Of a DNA stretch of 64,000 bases, positions 56,458-64,000 are shown one piece after another; positions within the stretch are counted from its first letter, which is position 1, and every line of letters starts with the position of its first letter. The translations under genes were made by a program, and so were the position numbers. Under the pieces are notes generated by a model that had not been told where the DNA came from, did no database searches, and worked only from the letters and a program-made list of their open reading frames with translations. This stretch comes from Candidatus Poribacteria bacterium (GTDB taxonomy: Bacteria > Poribacteria > WGA-4E > WGA-3G). The stretch lies in NCBI GenBank assembly GCA_965214095.1, contig OZ243938.1:992001-1056000 (forward strand), given 5' to 3'.

Positions 56458-57216
56458 ATGAAAAACATGACATTTGTGAAAATTGTTTGTATGAGTGCTA
56501 TAATCTGTTTATTTACATCAATGTCTGGCTTGATATTCACTGCGAATGCAGCTGATTCATTTGGCGACCCGTTTGATGGAAACAAACTACAAAATCCTAA
56601 TTGGGAATGGCAAAACGAACCACCGAAATGGGATGTTGGAGAAACAGTTGATGGACGTTTATACATAGACTGTGAACCGAATCGAAATCTATGGGCTAAT
56701 GATGCATCTCATTTTCTGTATCAGGTCACCGATACTGATATGTTTGATGTCTCAACACATTTCCGTGCTAAATGGGATACCAATTCAGGTGTCAATGGAA
56801 TCCTCGTGAAAAGTCCTGGAGATAATAACTGGGTAACTATTAAATTTTGGGGTAGAGATGCTGGTGCTAAAGGACACATTCAGTACCAAACCCGTGAAGC
56901 AGGCATGGGACCTCTAGATATCCAATGGAGATTTGGTGATTGGGGTGACATTGAAATGTCAATGCGACTCAAGAAAGATGGTGATACATACACTGCATGG
57001 TATAAAGCTGAAGGTGATGATGATTGGATGGATATCGGTGAAGGCACTTTTGCATTGACTCCTCCACTTTGGTTGGGTGTATATGCAGGTGTTGCTGACC
57101 CCGCTGGTAATCTTGAGGTAGAATACGAATACTTCACAGACAATATGAACCCCTTCCCCGTTGAACCTGGCGGTAAAGCGACCACCACTTGGGGTGCTGT
57201 AAAAACTCGTTACTAA
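56458..57216 (+). CDS. Secreted ConA/DUF1349-like beta-sandwich protein, paralog 2
   Basis: Close paralog of 55142-55900; ends VEPGGKATTTWGAVKTRY. Confidence 0.8.
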   Translation: MKNMTFVKIVCMSAIICLFTSMSGLIFTANAADSFGDPFDGNKLQNPNWEWQNEPPKWDVGETVDGRLYIDCEPNRNLWANDASHFLYQVTDTDMFDVSTHFRAKWDTNSGVNGILVKSPGDNNWVTIKFWGRDAGAKGHIQYQTREAGMGPLDIQWRFGDWGDIEMSMRLKKDGDTYTAWYKAEGDDDWMDIGEGTFALTPPLWLGVYAGVADPAGNLEVEYEYFTDNMNPFPVEPGGKATTTWGAVKTRY

Positions 57217-57231
57217 GGAGGGATATAGACT

Positions 57232-59087
57232 ATGCGATGCAGTGTATTCATACTTCTATGTTTCTGTGTCGTTTCTCCGTTATTTGCGGATAATTTCGTA
57301 GATAGAAGTGCAATCGCAGGGGTTCATCAACGTGAAACGCCAATTGATGAAAATTCCGGGACTTGGATGGGTCCCGGTGCTGCCGCTGCAGATTATGATA
57401 ACGACGGCTGTTGGATAGATATTTTCGTTGTCGGAGATGGTGGTCTACCAAATGCACTTTACCATAATAATAGAAATGGAACATTCCAGGATATTGCTGA
57501 AAAAGCAGGCGTTGCCAACACACCAAATGGACGTGGATGCGTCTGGTTAGACTACAATAATGATGGTTGGCGCGATCTCTTTGTATCCTGTGATGGTCCA
57601 AATTTTCTATTCAAGAACAACGGAGACTGCACCTTCACAGATGTAAGCAAACAGGCGGGTGTCACAGATGCACAACACGGCACAAGTATTGCAGTCGCTG
57701 ATTATGACCACGATGGTTGGTTGGATATCTATGTTGCAAATTGGGGACGTCCAGCATCGCTTTTAGTTTTTGATCCTGCTCCCAGAATTAATGTACTGTA
57801 TCGAAATAAAGGCGACGGCACTTTTGAGGATGTTGCAAGGAAGTTGGTGTTGATGATGGCGGAATCGCTTGGGGTGCAATCTTTTTTGATTACGATGGAG
57901 ATACATGGGCAGATCTGTTTGTAGCAAACGATCACGGACCTGATAAACTTTATCGTAACAAAGGGGACGGCACTTTTGAGGATGTCTCCGAACAATCTGG
58001 AATTGTTACACTCATCAGAGGAAAACCAACAGGTGCTATGGGACTCTGTGTCGGTGATTATGATAACGACGCTGATCTCGACCTATTCGTTACCAACTAT
58101 GACGAAGACCTTCTCTGGCGAAACAACGGCGATGGCACTTTTACAAATGTTGCCGAAGAAGCTGGTGTCGCAAACGTAGGCGTTGGTTGGTATGCCAGTT
58201 TCATTGACTATGACAATGATGGATTCCGCGATCTCTATGTCGTCAATGGTGATGTAGATAATTCGCAAAAGACAAACCTTAACCGTCTCTATCATAACAA
58301 TCGTGACGGCACGTTTGTTGATCGTGCAGAAGGTCTCGGTGTTACCTCTAATGCAGTCGCACGCGGTGCAACATCAGGCGATTTTGACAATGACCGTGAT
58401 GTTGATTTCTTCATCGTCAATAACACTGGCTATACGCTACTCAAAAACGAACTTGAAGATGACACACGACGAATTCAAGCTGACCATAAACGTATCCTAA
58501 TTCGGTTGATTGGTACAGAAAGCAATCGAGATGGAATTGGAACACGTGTGACTGTTAAATATGGCAACCATGTTCAGACACAAGAGTTAATTTGTGGTAC
58601 AGGTTTCTTAGGCAGTGATAGTTTAGAACTTGAATTTGGTCTTGGAACAGGTTATCCTTCGGGTAACATTACCTTAGAATGGCCCTCTGGTATAGTTGAG
58701 ACTTATGAATTCAGTTATGGCCATGATGTATATATATTCACTGAAGCTCAAGATGTGGTTACATCTGTTGAACCGCATGGAAAACAGTCTATAACATGGG
58801 GAAGACTAAAAACTGTTGAGGTATTTCAAAACTATCCTAATCCATTTAACCCTGAAACATGGATTCCATACAAACTAAACGAATCCAGTGATGTGAAAAT
58901 ATCCATCTATTCTCCAGTTGGTGAATTGGTGAGAACATTTGACCTTGGACTCCAGAATCAAGGTGAGAAAAAGTTTTATTGGGATGGTAAAAATGTAAAT
59001 GGTGAATCTGTTGCCAGTGGTATCTATTTCTATCAATTTGATGCGGGAAACACCAAGATTGTGCGTAAAATGTGGTTAATGAAATAG
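57232..59087 (+). pseudogene. ASPIC/UnbV FG-GAP protein with T9SS-type-A/FlgD-like C-terminal domain, split by a 1-nt deletion (real or sequencing error)
   Basis: At 57835-57840 GCAAGG lacks one A; the shifted frame reads EVGVDDGGIAWGAIFFDYDGD... into the 58038 ORF; ends QNYPNPFNPETWIPY...YWDGKN..GE.VASGIYFY...RKM. Confidence 0.8.
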
Positions 59088-59090
59088 ATT

Positions 59091-59984
59091 ATGGACAACA
59101 TATTTCTGAGATGGTGGGGTTGTGGTGCATTTGATGTCCGATTTGGAGACATCAATATTGCTTTCGACCCCTACCTATTCAATCAGAACTTAGCGGATGT
59201 CCAACCGATATACGATTATATCTTTATATCACATGAACATTTTGACCATTGCCATCCTGCTACATTAAGCAAATTGTGTCAAGGCAACCGATTTAAAAAA
59301 CTATATGTCAATCCTGGATGCATCACACCAGAACAACCTATCAATGAGAAATATGGTGATGCAGCTTTTGAACGCGACCTACCTATAACAAAACATGTTC
59401 CTGCCGAAAAAGTAGAGATTTTGTATCCAAAACATCACAACGACAAAAATGGCACATCACGTTCATTTCAAGGTTCAGACACACTTGAGCTTGGACTTAT
59501 TCAAGTTGAAACAATAGAAAGTGGTGAGAACCAAACACCTGATTTACCAACCAATGGCTATCTCATAACTCACACGACAAAAAATGTTTCTATCCTACAC
59601 ATAGGTGATCTCCACGAACCCTATCCAGCATTAGCAAACCTACAAGGAAAGGTAGATTTTCTTGTTCACATGAAACTGGGACTTGGAAAGGGTCTTGAAC
59701 ATCGCTTAATTGAACTGATAGACCTGATTCAACCCCGTTTTATGATACCCACACACTATCGCACGGATCGAAAATCTGACCCGATACCTGAAGGACACTG
59801 GCCACCCAATGTCACAGATGAAATGGCATTTGTTGAATGTATCAGAGAAATTGTTGGAGATAAAACCCAAATTCTTCCCTTCACTGCTGGCATAGAATAT
59901 GAAATAGCATTACCAGAGAAAAAGGTTATCTGGAAATGGGAATGGTTCAACACATGGACTGTTCCACCCTGGCGTGAAAAATAA
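59091..59984 (+). CDS. Metallo-beta-lactamase-fold hydrolase
   Basis: WWG...F, FDPY, ISHEHFDH (HxHxDH), LHIGD, IPTHY. Confidence 0.88.
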   Translation: MDNIFLRWWGCGAFDVRFGDINIAFDPYLFNQNLADVQPIYDYIFISHEHFDHCHPATLSKLCQGNRFKKLYVNPGCITPEQPINEKYGDAAFERDLPITKHVPAEKVEILYPKHHNDKNGTSRSFQGSDTLELGLIQVETIESGENQTPDLPTNGYLITHTTKNVSILHIGDLHEPYPALANLQGKVDFLVHMKLGLGKGLEHRLIELIDLIQPRFMIPTHYRTDRKSDPIPEGHWPPNVTDEMAFVECIREIVGDKTQILPFTAGIEYEIALPEKKVIWKWEWFNTWTVPPWREK

Positions 59985-60147
59985 ACTATTGGGAATCAGA
60001 AAAGAATTCGTAGGAACCCACCTATAGTTTGCCCTTATTAGAAAACCATAATAAGACACTATATATTTTTAAAGTGTTATTTTGAATTTATTTGACTAAA
60101 TATGGTTTTAATGTTATTATTTTAGGTATAGTTAACCCTGAAATTAA

Positions 60148-60485
60148 CAGGGTTATTTAGTTTTATGGATTCGCAATCATTATAGTTAACTTGATGTTAA
60201 GTCACTGGATCGGACTCATCGCTGGATTTGTTGGACTTATTGATTCTTGTCTGAACCAGGATTTACCGGATTATAGGATTTTCAGGATAAGAACCTGAAA
60301 CATCAAAGTGCCATCCAGAGAGTAAACGTCAAATTGGGAATAGAAACTTTGCAAAGCCAAACCCATAATCCTGCAAATCTACTAATCCTGAAAATCCTGG
60401 TTCAGACAAATAGGAATCCAAACCCATACTGAATTTAACGTTTGTGTATAATATTGAACGAAAAACCGAAAACTAAATAACCCTG
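60148..60485. mobile_element. MITE-like shell (family A) containing the 163-bp element (60247-60409)
   Basis: Perfect CAGGGTTATTTAGTTTT / AAAACTAAATAACCCTG inverted ends. Confidence 0.8.
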
Positions 60486-60507
60486 TAAAATTAATAAGAC
60501 ATTCTTC

Positions 60508-60567
60508 TGTAAGAGGGAACTCCGATTCCCGATGCACCTGTATCAGGAATCGGAGTTCCCTCTTACA
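60508..60567. repeat. REPIN-like palindrome
   Basis: TGTAAGAGGGAACTCCGATTCC ... GGAATCGGAGTTCCCTCTTACA; related to 40848-40900. Confidence 0.75.
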
Positions 60568-60663
60568 AATAGTGTTCAATTAATTCTGAAGTTCACCGTA
60601 AAATACATATACCTATTTAAAAACACTAACTTAAAACTAAAAAATAGAAGGAAACAAAACTAA

Positions 60664-63600
60664 GTGAATAACAAACACCCAATATATATACGCCTACTGA
60701 CAATTATTGTGATTATATGGAAAATCCTCGGAATACAACAAACAACAAACGCAAGTATTACACCCGTCAACGAACGTACTCAACAAGTTCAAGACGCTAT
60801 CGTAGCTGCAATCCCAGATGTAACATCTGCTGACGATGTTACCGAAACTCAACTTGAAACAATCACAGCACTCAATCTACGTGACGAAGGTATTACTGCC
60901 CTCCAATCAGGCGATTTTTCAGGAATGACCGCATTAACAAATATCAATTTATATGACAACAATCTTAATAATTTACCTGATGGAATTTTTCAAGGACTTA
61001 CTGCACTTACTACACTTCGGTTAGGTAATAATACCGTGAATCCTATGCCAATTGTCGTCTTCTTAGAGGAGGATAATCAAAGCCAGTTTAAAGTTGTGAT
61101 ACCGACTGGTGCGCCTTTTGAAGTTACATTCCCGATCAACGCAACAAACAATGGTGTTACCAGTGAGGTGGAATCTGTAACAATTCCAACCGGAAGTTCA
61201 GAGAGTGAACTCTTCACAATTTCCACAACGCAAGAAACAACAAATACACAGACTGTTCAAATTGGCACATTACCAACGCTACCCCGAAATCACTATGGAT
61301 ACACATTCGCGCGTTCAATGACATGCAACCGTACACCTGCTGTGCTACGCGCAATCCTCAATGCTATTTCTGGTGTAAACGAATGCGGGGAAATAACTGA
61401 TGAACACCTTGCTACTATTGATACGCTCAACTTAGAATATGCAGGACTCTCAGAACTTAGATCAGGTGATTTCGCGGGATTAACATCTCTGAGGACTCTA
61501 TACCTCGGCAACAACAACCTGACAACTTTACCTGCAGACATCTTCTCAGACTTGTCAAACTTAAGAGATCTTTACATACAAAGTAATAAATTGAACTCAC
61601 TTCCAGAGGATGTGTTTTCGGGTCTTTCTTCAATAAGGCAACTCAATCTACATAGTAACCAATTGACTGCACTTCCGAAAAACCTGTTTTCAGGATTAGA
61701 TACGCTGACACAGATTTTTGTGAATAACAATCGTTTGACAACACTTGATCCTGATATCTTCTCAAATGTATCAAACCTAAGGTATTTTTACATAGACAAC
61801 AATAGACTAACGACTATACCTGAAAGTATATTCGCCAATATTACATCTCTTGAACAACTTCTATTGAATAACAATCGGTTAGGGACATTACCACAAGGTG
61901 TATTCCGTGGAATGTCAACACCCACGCTGCTTTGGATTCATGTCAATCCAATTATTACATTACCATTGACGATAACTCTGGAGAAGGTTGAGGAAGGCCA
62001 ATTCAAAGTTGTCGTGCCATCAGGAACGCCAATCGATTTCAGACTTCATTTTACAATCACAAATGGAACACTGAATACGGAATCTAATGTTATAACAGTT
62101 GCAGCAGGAAGCGTGGAAAGTGATGTTCTTACTGTCACGAAAACAGAGGGTACAACTGATGCAGTTTCAGTTGATTTTGACATTCTAACAACTATACCAA
62201 GGGACCATCTTGGTTACGAACTTGTTAAGTCGGCAGACTTACCTTTAGAAGTCATCAGTGGGATTAACTTGGCTCCAGTCTTTACAGAAGGTGAAACAAC
62301 AACACGTACAGTGTCGGAGAACACTGCTGCGAATGTGAATATTGGAGATGCTGTTACCGCAACTGATGCCAATGATGATAATTTAACATATACACTCGGT
62401 GGGACAGATGCTACAACCTTTGATATTGATACCTCAACCGGTCAACTCAAAACAAAAGAACCACTTGATTATGAAACAAAGAATGTGTATACAGTTTCTA
62501 TTTCTGTTTCTGATGAAAGTCTAACGGATAATATTGCTGTCACGATTAACATTACTGATATAGATGAAACCATACCAAACCGTGCACCAAGTTTTACTGA
62601 TGGAGAAAGCACAGATCGCAGCGTTGCAGAGAATACGGTTAGTGGTGTTAACATTGGTACTGCTATTGCTGCTACTGATCCTGACGGTAATACGTTAACT
62701 TACACATTGAGTGGCACAGATGCTTCATCCTTTGATATTGATGAATCATCAGGACAACTCAAGACAAAGGCAACACTTGACTATGAAACAAAGGACGTTT
62801 ATACAATCACGGTTACCGTGTCGGATAGTAGTCTTACCGATACAATAAGTGTAACGATTAACATCAATAACGTAAATGAAGCTCCAGTTTTCACTGAGGG
62901 AAACACCACAGTTCGGTCTGTTGCAGAAAATGCTGATGTAGGTACAGACATCGGAACACCAGTTGGTGCAACTGATGAGGATGGAAACTCACTCACATAC
63001 ACAATCGGTGGTACAGATGCTGACATCTTTGACATAGTAGACAGTAGCGGACAACTGAAAACAAAAACTACTCTTGATCGTGAGAGTAAGTCTACTTATG
63101 CTATTACAATCACTGTAACCGATGATAGTCTGACTGACATAATAAATGTTACGATCATTGTCAGTAATATTAATGAAGCACCTGTCTTCACGGAAGGTGA
63201 AAGCACTAATCGAACAGTCGCTGAAAATACGTTGGATGGCGTAGAAATCGGTCCAGCAGTAACCGCCACAGATGTTGATGGAGACACTTTAATCTATGAT
63301 ATTTCCGGTGCTGATGGAACTATCTTTGAGTTAGAGAATACAACCGGTCAATTAAAAACAAAGACATTACTTGATTTTGAAAGTCAATCTATATATAAAG
63401 TCACACTCACTGTCACTGATGGGGAACTGACCGATTCAATTGAAGTCACTATAACCGTTACAGATATAGATGAAACCGTTCCAAACCGCGCACCAACTTT
63501 CACTGATGGCGAAAGCACCACACGATCTATTCAGGAGAATACGGCTACAGGTGTAAACATTGGTAATGCTGTCGCTGCCACCGATCCGGATGGTAATACA

Positions 63601-64000
63601 CTTAATTACTCACTCGGTGGAACTGATGAATCATCGTTTGACATTGAAGCTGCTACGGGTCAATTGAAAACGAAATCGTCATTAGACCATGAGACCAAGG
63701 CTTCATATTCAGTAACTGTTAGTGTTTCAGATGGCGAACTATCGGATACTATTGATGTTACTATTATTGTCACAGATATTGACGAAACACCTGCGAACCG
63801 TGCACCTATATTCTCTGAAGGCGAAAGCACAACACGAACAGTAGTTGAAAATACTGAAGCAGGAAATAATATAGGCAATACAATATCTGCCATTGATGCT
63901 GATGGGGATTCTTTGTCATACACCCTCGGTGGAACAGATGCAACTTCTTTTGACATTGTAAACATGACAGGACAATTGAAAACAAAGGCTGCACTTGATT
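60664..64000 (+). CDS. Large secreted leucine-rich-repeat plus cadherin-repeat protein (3' partial; absent from the ORF track because it has no stop in the window)
   Basis: GTG start after AAGGA; signal peptide; LRR units (LYLGNNNLTTLPADIFSDL); at least 6 cadherin units (NRAP/NEAP.F.EG...V.EN...IG..V.ATD.D...L.Y.L.GTDA..FDI...GQLKTK..LD.E). Confidence 0.9.
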   Translation, partial: MNNKHPIYIRLLTIIVIIWKILGIQQTTNASITPVNERTQQVQDAIVAAIPDVTSADDVTETQLETITALNLRDEGITALQSGDFSGMTALTNINLYDNNLNNLPDGIFQGLTALTTLRLGNNTVNPMPIVVFLEEDNQSQFKVVIPTGAPFEVTFPINATNNGVTSEVESVTIPTGSSESELFTISTTQETTNTQTVQIGTLPTLPRNHYGYTFARSMTCNRTPAVLRAILNAISGVNECGEITDEHLATIDTLNLEYAGLSELRSGDFAGLTSLRTLYLGNNNLTTLPADIFSDLSNLRDLYIQSNKLNSLPEDVFSGLSSIRQLNLHSNQLTALPKNLFSGLDTLTQIFVNNNRLTTLDPDIFSNVSNLRYFYIDNNRLTTIPESIFANITSLEQLLLNNNRLGTLPQGVFRGMSTPTLLWIHVNPIITLPLTITLEKVEEGQFKVVVPSGTPIDFRLHFTITNGTLNTESNVITVAAGSVESDVLTVTKTEGTTDAVSVDFDILTTIPRDHLGYELVKSADLPLEVISGINLAPVFTEGETTTRTVSENTAANVNIGDAVTATDANDDNLTYTLGGTDATTFDIDTSTGQLKTKEPLDYETKNVYTVSISVSDESLTDNIAVTINITDIDETIPNRAPSFTDGESTDRSVAENTVSGVNIGTAIAATDPDGNTLTYTLSGTDASSFDIDESSGQLKTKATLDYETKDVYTITVTVSDSSLTDTISVTININNVNEAPVFTEGNTTVRSVAENADVGTDIGTPVGATDEDGNSLTYTIGGTDADIFDIVDSSGQLKTKTTLDRESKSTYAITITVTDDSLTDIINVTIIVSNINEAPVFTEGESTNRTVAENTLDGVEIGPAVTATDVDGDTLIYDISGADGTIFELENTTGQLKTKTLLDFESQSIYKVTLTVTDGELTDSIEVTITVTDIDETVPNRAPTFTDGESTTRSIQENTATGVNIGNAVAATDPDGNTLNYSLGGTDESSFDIEAATGQLKTKSSLDHETKASYSVTVSVSDGELSDTIDVTIIVTDIDETPANRAPIFSEGESTTRTVVENTEAGNNIGNTISAIDADGDSLSYTLGGTDATSFDIVNMTGQLKTKAALD

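Noticed and set aside
61293-63994. Several minus-strand ORFs of 60-100 aa
   Set aside because: They are antisense to the LRR-cadherin gene and mirror its repeats

Overview
Bacterial chromosomal segment, AT-rich. The gene repertoire points to Candidatus Poribacteria or a related sponge-associated lineage (inference): secreted WD40/TolB propellers, TPR, ASPIC/UnbV FG-GAP, dockerin and LRR-cadherin proteins. It holds about 45 CDSs, tRNA-Thr(CGT) and tRNA-Phe(GAA), a TPP riboswitch leading thiX-thiY-thiO-thiS-thiG, two TnpB-only IS200/IS605 elements whose empty sites can be reconstructed, and one ORF-less IS605 derivative. Intergenic space is dense with GTAG-type REPs/REPINs nested inside MITE-like inverted-repeat shells. 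The main leads are: (1) a shared C-terminal motif [VI]xPxxKxxxxW[GA]xxK on five signal-peptide proteins with three different folds, and in a sixth directly before a T9SS-type-A/FlgD-like CTD, plus a PorX-like pseudo-receiver-PglZ gene, suggesting an uncharacterised protein sorting system; (2) a co-oriented Fe-ADH / PQQ-propeller / HemN-like radical SAM / CoA-ligase / flavin halogenase cluster; (3) the nested repeat system; (4) three two-gene modules whose second (toxin or partner) gene is broken. All family assignments come from motif recognition by eye, with no database searches.
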